From positions 90,001 through 122,000 of the forward strand of contig NZ_LGHJ01000019.1 in NCBI RefSeq assembly GCF_001306055.1: DNA of 32,000 nucleotides. The letters are read 5' to 3'. The position numbers were made by a program, and so were the translations under genes. The notes beneath the pieces were generated by a model. It worked only from the letters and a program-made list of their open reading frames with translations, did no database searches and was not told the origin of the DNA. Positions 1 through 6,261 of this stretch are shown piece by piece; the first letter of the stretch is position 1; each line of letters begins with the position of its first letter. This DNA is from Bellilinea caldifistulae (GTDB lineage Bacteria > Chloroflexota > Anaerolineae > Anaerolineales > Anaerolineaceae).

Positions 1-12
1 AGTTTACAACAG

Positions 13-55
13 ATTGCTATATAGTATTGACAATTGCTATATAGTATGCTATACT
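13..55 (+). promoter_or_regulatory. Sigma70-type promoter (TTGACA 27-32, 17-nt spacer, TATACT 50-55) with two copies of a 15-bp direct repeat, ATTGCTATATAGTAT, at 13-27 and 33-47
   Basis: The hexamers and spacer were read directly. The repeat copies are identical and start 20 bp apart. Each contains the palindrome CTATATAG. One copy ends at the first base of the -35 hexamer and the other fills the spacer. Confidence 0.55.
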
Positions 56-84
56 ATAAGCAAGATAACGAAAGGAGCGATGAG

Positions 85-279
85 ATGAACGCCGAAGAAT
101 TGAAAGAATACCTCGATAACGAAATAACAGATGCTGACATTGAGGCATGGCACAACGGAGAACTTACCCAGCACATGAGCGAACTTCTTGATTACGTCTA
201 TCTGCATATCCCAGATGCAGAAGTGCAAATCTGGGGATCCCGCGTCGGGAGCGAGCCTCTACATATCATTGTAAAATAA
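85..279 (+). CDS. Hypothetical small protein (64 aa)
   Basis: ATG at 85 is preceded by AAAGGAG (71-77). The track ORF 34..279 has its upstream part overlapping the promoter, so the internal start is preferred. No recognisable motif. Confidence 0.5.
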   Translation: MNAEELKEYLDNEITDADIEAWHNGELTQHMSELLDYVYLHIPDAEVQIWGSRVGSEPLHIIVK

Positions 280-292
280 TCAATTATCCCTC

Positions 293-316
293 GCCGGGTA
301 GGCGGTCAGACCCGGC
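293..316 (+). other. Conserved intergenic RNA stem-loop, copy A (stem GCCGGGT/ACCCGGC, 10-nt loop AGGCGGTCAG)
   Basis: 7-bp perfect stem with no following U-tract. It ends 4 nt before the SD AAGGAG (321-326). A homologous hairpin occupies the next intergenic region. Confidence 0.5.
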
Positions 317-332
317 AGAAAAGGAGACTGAA

Positions 333-662
333 ATGACTGAAAGAATTTATTCTGACACCCGCCCTTATGACGGCGGGCGAGCCGATGAGTATGGCCGCCT
401 GATTGAACTCGGCAAAGAACATTATGACCGCGTAGAACATCACTTTACCCACATTCGCGCCGGTGAGGTTTTGGAAGTTGTTACTAGCCGTAGTTACTGG
501 GGCCCGGACGGATATGAGGCTCCAGGCCGGGTTTGGCGGGTAACTTGGGACGGCGAAGGCGAAGCCAAGATTGAGTATGTCCGCGAAGCCGAGTACAGCG
601 ATTACCCACGCGGACATTCTGTTCACCGCGCGCGTGGCCATAAATGCGAGATTTGCCAGTAG
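333..662 (+). CDS. Hypothetical protein (109 aa), C-terminal HKCEICQ
   Basis: ATG follows the AAGGAG SD. The ORF is intact. No recognisable domain. Confidence 0.55.
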   Translation: MTERIYSDTRPYDGGRADEYGRLIELGKEHYDRVEHHFTHIRAGEVLEVVTSRSYWGPDGYEAPGRVWRVTWDGEGEAKIEYVREAEYSDYPRGHSVHRARGHKCEICQ

Positions 663-678
663 TTTTTCAAAAAACCTT

Positions 679-700
679 GCCGGTGGGTGGTCAAACCGGC
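679..700 (+). other. Conserved intergenic RNA stem-loop, copy B (stem GCCGGT/ACCGGC, 10-nt loop GGGTGGTCAA)
   Basis: 6-bp stem. The loop shares GG-GGTCA with copy A. It ends 2 nt before the SD AGGAGG (703-708) and has no U-tract. Confidence 0.5.
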
Positions 701-713
701 ACAGGAGGATGAA

Positions 714-1127
714 ATGATAGCGTTTTACGATTCTCGATTAGATTGTTTGTTGACTGGGAGGTTAAAAATAGACCAGTCGCCAATTATGGAAGAGTTAACA
801 CAAGTAGACATTGAAACCCAAGAAGTCAAGAAAGTAACTCTCATTTCTGGCCTTATGTCAATGGGCGAGTTAGAAAGTGCAAAGGAAATTCTTGTGCAAG
901 CCGGTTTTTATCTCGCCGACATTATTGATGCGAACGACCCTGCTTGGTATCAATATATTTACATCCGACCAGAACGCATACAATACGCCGAAAGTGCAAA
1001 TGAAATAGAGCAAGTCGAAAATGATACCGTTGTTGTCTTACCGGACGGTTACATTATCGCGATAACGGATAAGCGTGGAAATAAGATAACCCACCGAATG
1101 CGAAATAATGTGCTAATAGAACTATGA
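714..1127 (+). CDS. Hypothetical protein (137 aa), AT-rich gene
   Basis: ATG at 714 is preceded by AGGAGG. The track start at 687 is a GTG inside hairpin B. No recognisable domain. Confidence 0.55.
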   Translation: MIAFYDSRLDCLLTGRLKIDQSPIMEELTQVDIETQEVKKVTLISGLMSMGELESAKEILVQAGFYLADIIDANDPAWYQYIYIRPERIQYAESANEIEQVENDTVVVLPDGYIIAITDKRGNKITHRMRNNVLIEL

Positions 1128-1447
1128 AAACGCCTAACCTGTCCGTTCATCTCAATAACCTGAGTGCCGTGCGCGAAACCGCACGGCGTTTGGGGTTTAC
1201 ATTGTCCCGCGGCCATCGCGCCGGTGACGGCAGTATCCAGCAAATGCTGGAAGCCATTGCTGCTGGCGAGGTGCTTGTCCTCTGCCACGTCTACGACTGG
1301 CCGGAGGACATGCGCCGCGATGCCGCCTACCTGCGCGGCCTGGCCGCCCGCATTGAGCGAGATGACAACGCTCTTGCGGCAGCGGAAACGCTGCGCGGGC
1401 TAGCCGCTGCGATGGAAGCGGCGGCAGACCTGAAAAGTTTTGAATAA
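1124..1447 (+). CDS. Hypothetical Ala/Arg-rich protein (107 aa), GC-rich gene
   Basis: ATGA start/stop overlap with the upstream gene. Followed directly by a terminator. The GC-rich sequence generates several shadow ORFs on both strands. Confidence 0.5.
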   Translation: MKTPNLSVHLNNLSAVRETARRLGFTLSRGHRAGDGSIQQMLEAIAAGEVLVLCHVYDWPEDMRRDAAYLRGLAARIERDDNALAAAETLRGLAAAMEAAADLKSFE

Positions 1448-1477
1448 AAAATCCCCGCCTCACCGGCGGGGATTTTT
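1447..1477. terminator. Bidirectional rho-independent terminator between the convergent operons
   Basis: AAAAATCCCCGCC / GGCGGGGATTTTT forms a 13-bp stem with the 5-nt loop TCACC. A/T runs lie on both sides, so a U-tract is available in either orientation. Confidence 0.8.
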
Positions 1478-1517
1478 GACATATTCTTCAAACCGCTGAT
1501 ATTCCGCCAATTCATCG

Positions 1518-1859
1518 TCACTTCTGTAATTGCGCTTTGCATGATTTTTCAATCTCGTCTAATTCGTGACGTATATCAGCAGGTGTATAAGATGATTTTC
1601 CTTCCCGCGCATAATGCAACGCCGATATGTAATCACCACCCCAAATAGCCAATGTAGCGGCAGATCGGTAGATCACACTCCGGGTTGGTTCATTGTCGGC
1701 ATTTGGCAATAATCTTTTGGCTGCCATGACTTCATAAGACATTGCACATAGAGCATAAAATTTTGCCATTTCGAGGTCACCATTTTTTCTAGCAATGTAT
1801 GCTTTATCGGCTAGTTCCAATGCAGAATTGTGTAAGTTTATCGTTATATTGTCTGCCAT
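1518..1859 (-). CDS. Hypothetical helical protein (113 aa)
   Basis: The internal ATG (MADNITI...) is preceded by AAAGGAGAC. The track start at 1883 would overlap the stop of the upstream gene. Confidence 0.5.
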   Translation of the reverse strand: MADNITINLHNSALELADKAYIARKNGDLEMAKFYALCAMSYEVMAAKRLLPNADNEPTRSVIYRSAATLAIWGGDYISALHYAREGKSSYTPADIRHELDEIEKSCKAQLQK

Positions 1860-1870
1860 TTTGTCTCCTT

Positions 1871-2779
1871 TCATTTTGCCCATTGTGCGTCACATTCACA
1901 TGGATATTGACCACAATAAGGGCATATCTTGAATTTGTTTATTTTCGGCTTTGGCGGTTTCAGGTTACGCAACCGGTGTAACAACGTTCCAGGCTTCGAT
2001 TGGATCCGCCCGGCCAGGTGATCATCTTCGACTTTTGCCATCAACTCACGGATAGCCTCTTCTGACCAGCCAACCTTAACCGCTTCCTCAACCTCCGTGA
2101 TGTTGTTCTCAAATACGCCAAAGTCTCTGAGATCATCCAACAAAGACTCTGACAGCCAAACCCCCTGAGAAACCTCCTCCTCCTCGATGGGGGATTGATC
2201 ATCGTCAAAAATTTCGTTTTCGCTAGGAGGAGGAGGTTTATGTAATTTTATGTTGTAATCTTTTGTAGTAATTTTATGATTCATATTTAAGTTAATGGAG
2301 TTTCTCGATAATTGATTGTCGAGTTTCTCGATAATTAACGATGGACTTTCTCGATAATTGTTAATGGACTTTTCCAATAATAGACTTTCTCGATAATTGA
2401 CTTTCTCGATAATTGACTTTCTCGATAATTGGCATTTTTCGATCACGGCCATTATGTTCACCCTGTAATGCCATACAGGCGGAACGCTAGTTATTCTTGC
2501 GGTGATCAAACCTGAGTTTATGAGTGAGCGTCTAGCAGTTCTTTGCTCTTCTGCATTTAACCCGGTTTGGGCGTACATATCACCAACAGAGACGTAAAAA
2601 TCTGAATCTGGATAACGGACTTGCCAATACAATAATTGGCTAAGCATGATTCCGGCCTTGATACCAAATGCCTGGCAAAACTCCGGGACATACGCCGAAA
2701 TATGCCCCTCAACCTGATTAACAATGGCCGTGAAAGCCTCGTTTTTGCCGTTATTTTTGGTGTTTTTTGGTTTATCCAT
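1871..2779 (-). CDS. Replication-initiator-like protein: N-terminal winged-helix/HTH domain, repeat-encoded linker, acidic tract, C-terminal CPYC..CEC zinc-ribbon-like motif
   Basis: The N-terminal segment (IMLSQLLYWQ...GDMYAQTGLNAEEQRTARRSLINSGLI) resembles phage/plasmid replication organiser HTH domains. An iteron array sits inside the gene. The SD GAGGTGA precedes the ATG. Confidence 0.6.
   Translation of the reverse strand: MDKPKNTKNNGKNEAFTAIVNQVEGHISAYVPEFCQAFGIKAGIMLSQLLYWQVRYPDSDFYVSVGDMYAQTGLNAEEQRTARRSLINSGLITARITSVPPVWHYRVNIMAVIEKCQLSRKSIIEKVNYRESLLLEKSINNYRESPSLIIEKLDNQLSRNSINLNMNHKITTKDYNIKLHKPPPPSENEIFDDDQSPIEEEEVSQGVWLSESLLDDLRDFGVFENNITEVEEAVKVGWSEEAIRELMAKVEDDHLAGRIQSKPGTLLHRLRNLKPPKPKINKFKICPYCGQYPCECDAQWAK
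2238..2297. repeat. AT-rich segment flanking the iterons, a candidate DNA-unwinding element, with GTAATTTTATG present twice (2242-2252 and 2268-2278)
   Basis: Read directly. It is strongly AT-rich compared with its surroundings and lies immediately adjacent to the iteron array. Confidence 0.45.
2298..2446. repeat. Iteron array (candidate origin of replication): six perfect copies of TTTCTCGATAATT plus two degenerate copies
   Basis: Perfect copies start at 2301, 2324, 2347, 2386, 2402 and 2418. Degenerate copies lie at 2367-2381 and 2432-2446. Spacings are 23, 23, 39, 16 and 16 bp. Confidence 0.75.
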
Positions 2780-2833
2780 ATCAGAATATCACCTCGCTAG
2801 ATCACCCACCTTGTAGCCCGTCTGTTTGGCTTT

Positions 2834-2927
2834 GGGGACACCGTCAGGGGACACCCCCGTATTTTTGGGGGACACCCACAGGGGACACCCCCGCAAAAAC
2901 ACGGGGACACCGTCAGGGGACACCCCC
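2834..2927. repeat. Array of six GGGGACAC boxes arranged as three pairs, a candidate partition centromere and/or rep operator
   Basis: Boxes lie at 2834, 2847, 2868, 2881, 2903 and 2916. Spacing within a pair is 13 bp and pairs are 34-35 bp apart. Units 1 and 3 are identical 25-mers (GGGGACACCGTCAGGGGACACCCCC). The array lies between the parG-like stop and the rep start. Confidence 0.6.
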
Positions 2928-2933
2928 AGCAAA

Positions 2934-3296
2934 TCATTTATTCCAATTCACGACATACGAATATCGAGGGTTGTTGATTGGTTTCAGATAGGGGAGTATG
3001 TCCAATTCCCCTTTTTCAATTGCATTCAAAAACAAAACTAGTGCCAGGCTGGTTAATTGTGACTGGCTAATCTCGTAGTGTTCGGCCAGTTTAGATAGGT
3101 CGCGCATGATTGCGGGGTCAATGTCCAGCATGACACGGTTTCGCTTTGCCGCTTTTTCACGCTCACGAATTGTCTTTTTGCGCTCATCTTTGGGCAGTGA
3201 GCGTTCAGCAATGCGCCTTCGTCCCTGTGATAGAGTGGCCTCTACCACAGGGTCAATGGCGGTCAGGTCTATAAGACCGTTATCCTTGCGCTTCAT
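2934..3296 (-). CDS. Ribbon-helix-helix (CopG/ParG-like) DNA-binding protein, putative centromere-binding partner of ParA
   Basis: Basic, probably disordered N-terminus followed by a C-terminal RHH pattern (RVMLDIDPAIMRDLSKLAEHYEISQSQLTSLALVLFL). ATGA overlap with the end of parA. Confidence 0.6.
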   Translation of the reverse strand: MKRKDNGLIDLTAIDPVVEATLSQGRRRIAERSLPKDERKKTIREREKAAKRNRVMLDIDPAIMRDLSKLAEHYEISQSQLTSLALVLFLNAIEKGELDILPYLKPINNPRYSYVVNWNK

Positions 3297-4048
3297 AGTT
3301 TCAATATCCTGTTAATGACTGCCATGTAGCCGCAAGGCAATTCGGGATAGCCAACCAACGCCCGGCACTTTGGTGCAAACTCAAAGAGTGTCTTGCCTGC
3401 TCTGTGAGCCTTACGGCAGTTTGTATCTACCGGTACAACCGGATATACCAGTTCACCAAAGGTGGATACAAGGTTCTCTAATTGCTCTTGCGTTTCTACC
3501 GTTTGCCGGTCATAGAAGGTCGGAATAATCCCGCCAACCTCACAACCGGAATTTGAAAACCTGCGGATACTGCTCAAAGTTCGCAAGACCTCAACAACGC
3601 CCTTAACCGAAAACTGGTCAAGGCGTGTGGGGACAATGAGGTAATCCGCAGCCACAAGCGCAGCCGTGTGCAGCACGTCAATGGACGGCGCACAGTCGAA
3701 AATCACATAATCGTGATTGTCGTCATCCATTGCGTTCACCAGGACGTACTCCCGAAAGTCCATACCGGCTAGTTTTGATTTCAGGACAACGGTTGTTTTA
3801 TCGGAACGGACAATATCCAACCCATCATGCACGTTGATTGCTACGTCTTGCAATGTCATGTTGTTGGATATAGCACGGTTCAGGTCTCCGCCGGGGTCAA
3901 CACCAAGCGAATCGGCAACGTTACCCTGCGGGTCAAGGTCAACCAACATAACGGACTTGCCCAAGCGGGCAAGTCCGTCTGCAATAGTCACGGCTGTTGT
4001 GGTTTTACCAACGCCACCCTTTTGATTTGCGATTGCGATGATTGCCAT
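3293..4048 (-). CDS. parA: ParA/Soj-family partition ATPase (short type lacking an N-terminal HTH)
   Basis: Deviant Walker A KGGVGKTT, plus LVDLDPQGN and FDCAPS motifs. The start at MAIIAI... is preferred, with GAGG 7 nt upstream and 8 nt after the upstream stop. Confidence 0.9.
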   Translation of the reverse strand: MAIIAIANQKGGVGKTTTAVTIADGLARLGKSVMLVDLDPQGNVADSLGVDPGGDLNRAISNNMTLQDVAINVHDGLDIVRSDKTTVVLKSKLAGMDFREYVLVNAMDDDNHDYVIFDCAPSIDVLHTAALVAADYLIVPTRLDQFSVKGVVEVLRTLSSIRRFSNSGCEVGGIIPTFYDRQTVETQEQLENLVSTFGELVYPVVPVDTNCRKAHRAGKTLFEFAPKCRALVGYPELPCGYMAVINRILKL

Positions 4049-4056
4049 TTTGCGCC

Positions 4057-4287
4057 TCACAAAACGGGTTGCTCAATTTCATGTGTCAGCCAAATATCAC
4101 GGCTCAGCAAAGACTTTGACACCTCAACTTGTAGGCCCGTGGCACGCATCATCTCAATCAGTTCAGCAGGGGCTTTTGCGCTTATGCGGGCATATTTCGG
4201 CTTCACGCCGGTTGACAATTCGTAGCGTTCCAGTGCTGAGCGCAGATCCGCTTGCGTGTAAATCATGTACAAACGCCAGAAAGTCAT
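4057..4287 (-). CDS. Hypothetical small protein (76 aa)
   Basis: The SD GGAGGG precedes the ATG. ATGA overlap with the upstream ORF. Confidence 0.5.
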   Translation of the reverse strand: MTFWRLYMIYTQADLRSALERYELSTGVKPKYARISAKAPAELIEMMRATGLQVEVSKSLLSRDIWLTHEIEQPVL

Positions 4288-4742
4288 CGCCTAACCCTCC
4301 TGATGACCTCTGCAAGGTAGTAAATCGAGGCTGCTATGACATAGGCATCATTGCTTTCAATAACATTCAGCGATGAGAGTAAGTGGTGACGGATTGCGGA
4401 AAGTTCCATCGTTGCTAAGCAGTGACGGCGGTTATGGTCAAGAATTTTATTGATCAATTCAAGGATCGTATTGTGAGTAACCGTCTCTGCATAAAAAGCA
4501 GCAATCACATCACCGCAATTCGGGCAAATGTATACTAACTCTTGCGATATTTGACCATGGTTTATTTGAAAGGTGTATGCAATTGGATCATCATCCTCAA
4601 ACTTGACAAGAACATCAAACTTATTGAAATCGTGAAGTTTGATTTCAACGTCAGAGTTTTCGATGGCTTGTAATGCACGCTCTGAGATTTTTTCGTCATT
4701 TGTCTCAGTCTCAGGGCCAAAGTAGTGAATTACAGTAGTCAT
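4284..4742 (-). CDS. Hypothetical protein (152 aa) with a CPNCGD motif
   Basis: The SD GAGGTGG precedes the ATG. ATGA overlaps at both ends. Confidence 0.5.
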   Translation of the reverse strand: MTTVIHYFGPETETNDEKISERALQAIENSDVEIKLHDFNKFDVLVKFEDDDPIAYTFQINHGQISQELVYICPNCGDVIAAFYAETVTHNTILELINKILDHNRRHCLATMELSAIRHHLLSSLNVIESNDAYVIAASIYYLAEVIRRVRR

Positions 4743-4954
4743 TGTGCCACCTCGAAAGCGACTGGTTGATTAACCTTGTTGTAAATGCGTTCCCCAACGG
4801 CCTCTTTGATCATGGCATCGTTGAAGCCAATGTAAGCGAGGACGTCATAAACCAGCAGTTCAGGATCAGCCTTTTTGATTTCTGGAATGTCGTTGAGTAA
4901 TTCCTGAATGGCTGCTATAATACGAGTTGCATGGATGTAATAATACGGTTGCAT
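4739..4954 (-). CDS. Hypothetical small protein (71 aa)
   Basis: The internal ATG (MQPYYYIH...) is preceded by AAGGAG 7 nt upstream. The longer track ORF would overlap the upstream gene. Confidence 0.5.
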   Translation of the reverse strand: MQPYYYIHATRIIAAIQELLNDIPEIKKADPELLVYDVLAYIGFNDAMIKEAVGERIYNKVNQPVAFEVAQ

Positions 4955-4956
4955 GG

Positions 4957-5217
4957 CTACACTCCTTGCCCCCAAGCCGGTTTGCCGGAATCGGCTTGGG
5001 GTTCTTTTTCGTCCAGTTCCGGGTGAGGTGAATTGCAGTTTTCCCACACCCATTCGGTGTATTCTTTGCACTGCTGGCAGGTCTGATAGTGTTTCCGGGC
5101 CCGTTCAAATACCCGCCCAAATTCCTCAGATTCCATGCCAAACATTACGGCTGCCTGGTGCAGCGCACGACTAAATAGAGCGGATTGCTTGCATGGTTCT
5201 GGTTTCGTGTTTGTCAT
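4957..5217 (-). CDS. Hypothetical protein (86 aa) with a CQQC motif
   Basis: The strong SD AAGGAGG lies 3 nt before the ATG. Confidence 0.5.
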   Translation of the reverse strand: MTNTKPEPCKQSALFSRALHQAAVMFGMESEEFGRVFERARKHYQTCQQCKEYTEWVWENCNSPHPELDEKEPQADSGKPAWGQGV

Positions 5218-5422
5218 ATACCTCCTTGTTGACTAATCTTTTCCCGCACACGACTAACACCGTGCCGGTTTCAATATTGCAAAATGCCGTTCCCTCAGTC
5301 CAGTATTCAAGGTCTGACTTCGGAAACGGCATTATGTCCGTCCAGCGGAAATATCGCCCAAAGAACATACCCGTTGGGTCTTTTATGCACCGCCAGACGT
5401 ATCCACGAGGTAAAGTATTCAA
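5171..5422 (-). CDS. Hypothetical protein; start uncertain (TTG 5422 preferred, alternatives ATG 5479 and TTG 5488)
   Basis: The track start at 5488 is the TTG of a consensus -35 hexamer. If that promoter is real, the first usable start is TTG 5422, 5 nt after GGAGG. The 3' end overlaps the next gene by 47 nt. Confidence 0.35.
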   Translation of the reverse strand: MNTLPRGYVWRCIKDPTGMFFGRYFRWTDIMPFPKSDLEYWTEGTAFCNIETGTVLVVCGKRLVNKEVYDKHETRTMQAIRSI

Positions 5423-5459
5423 TTGCACCTCCAAGCGGGGAAATATATAGGACAATCCA

Positions 5460-5502
5460 ATAATACTCGGTTTCCGCATGTTTGTCAATAGACATGCGGA
5501 AA
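5460..5502 (-). promoter_or_regulatory. Near-consensus promoter (TTGACA 5483-5488, 17-nt spacer, TATTAT 5460-5465, read on the minus strand) with its -35 hexamer centred in a perfect 11-bp inverted repeat
   Basis: The repeat arms are TTTCCGCATGT (5471-5481) and ACATGCGGAAA (5492-5502). The structure follows the upstream terminator immediately. Confidence 0.55.
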
Positions 5503-5539
5503 TGAAAACAAAATAAAAGCCGTCATCTAATGACGGCTT
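5503..5539 (-). terminator. Rho-independent terminator of the excisionase-like gene
   Basis: On the minus strand, AAGCCGTCA / TGACGGCTT forms a 9-bp stem with a 5-nt loop, followed by TTTTATTTTGTTTT. Confidence 0.8.
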
Positions 5540-5554
5540 ACAAAATTGAAAGGT

Positions 5555-5950
5555 TTACAACCTGCGAATAGTCTTTTTCCCACGCCCTGGATTGCTCAAA
5601 TAATAATTTGCCAGATAAGCAATATCGGCTTCATCCAGATAAGTTCGGCGTACTGATTTGGATAAAACTTTCACATACCCTTTTTTAGCCCAACGTGAGA
5701 TTGTTTGGGTTGAAACCCCGTATTTTCTGCTCGCTTCTGAAATAAGAATACCAATCCCGGAAAGATGGGCATATTTTTCATAATCGGGTCTGTTTTCTTT
5801 TGGGATCATAGACAAGTCATTTTTATTTACAAAGATTTGATTTTCTGCCTTTATTGCTCTTATCGTACCACTAGCAATTAAGGCTTGCAACGATTTTTTA
5901 TCTAGTTTTGTGATGGTGGCTGCTTTGCTGATAGGGAGATAAGTATCCAT
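5555..5950 (-). CDS. DNA-binding protein with two HTH segments (excisionase/MerR-like N-terminus plus a second HTH)
   Basis: First segment ISKAATITKLDKKSLQALIASGTIRAIK and second segment ISEASRKYGVSTQTISRWAKKGYV. The SD GAGGAG precedes the ATG. Confidence 0.55.
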   Translation of the reverse strand: MDTYLPISKAATITKLDKKSLQALIASGTIRAIKAENQIFVNKNDLSMIPKENRPDYEKYAHLSGIGILISEASRKYGVSTQTISRWAKKGYVKVLSKSVRRTYLDEADIAYLANYYLSNPGRGKKTIRRL

Positions 5951-5955
5951 GTTAT

Positions 5956-6261
5956 TTACTCCTCTCTAAGCCACACAATGAAAGAAAGACCAACACCGCT
6001 GACCGTCAGGATAAATACCATCACCAGACAGGCCAGCAAATACACGCCCGGATAGGACAATATATATTCAACCATTCCTAAGGCATATTTAACTGCCTCA
6101 GTTGTTACCACAGTTAAAGCATCTGTTTTTATATGCACCCTGCTATTATTTGCCGCAAACCAAGCCGTGACCAAGCAGGTTGTAAATAACACCGATGACA
6201 CCAGGTTGATCATCAAGCCTGCCAGACGGTCTATATTGCGGACGGGTGACTTTGTTTTCAT
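5956..6261 (-). CDS. Small membrane protein (2-3 predicted TM helices); start uncertain (6261 or 6213)
   Basis: Hydrophobic segments LMINLVSSVLFTTCLVTAWFAA and VYLLACLVMVFILTVSGVGLSFIVWL. The longer track ORF overlaps the tRNA gene and was trimmed. Confidence 0.4.
   Translation of the reverse strand: MKTKSPVRNIDRLAGLMINLVSSVLFTTCLVTAWFAANNSRVHIKTDALTVVTTEAVKYALGMVEYILSYPGVYLLACLVMVFILTVSGVGLSFIVWLREE

Noticed and set aside
1164-1542. Multiple overlapping ORFs on both strands (1164-1403 plus strand; 1197-1463 and 1327-1542 minus strand)
   Set aside because: They are artefacts of the roughly 65% GC composition of gene 1124-1447. They cross the bidirectional terminator or lack SDs. Only the ORF that is translationally coupled to the upstream gene was retained.
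2298-2927. Possible CRISPR array, given two clusters of short direct repeats
   Set aside because: The repeats are only 8-13 bp long, the spacers are 3-26 bp and irregular, one cluster lies inside a CDS, and no cas genes are present. The clusters fit iterons and centromere/operator repeats, not CRISPR.
2767-3041. Plus-strand ORFs 2767..2991 and 2826..3041, which encode repetitive GHRQGTPP / GTPSGDTP peptides
   Set aside because: The peptide periodicity is simply the GGGGACAC DNA repeat array read through. The ORFs have no SD, lie antisense to the surrounding operon and overlap the RHH gene end. They were treated as non-coding repeat DNA.
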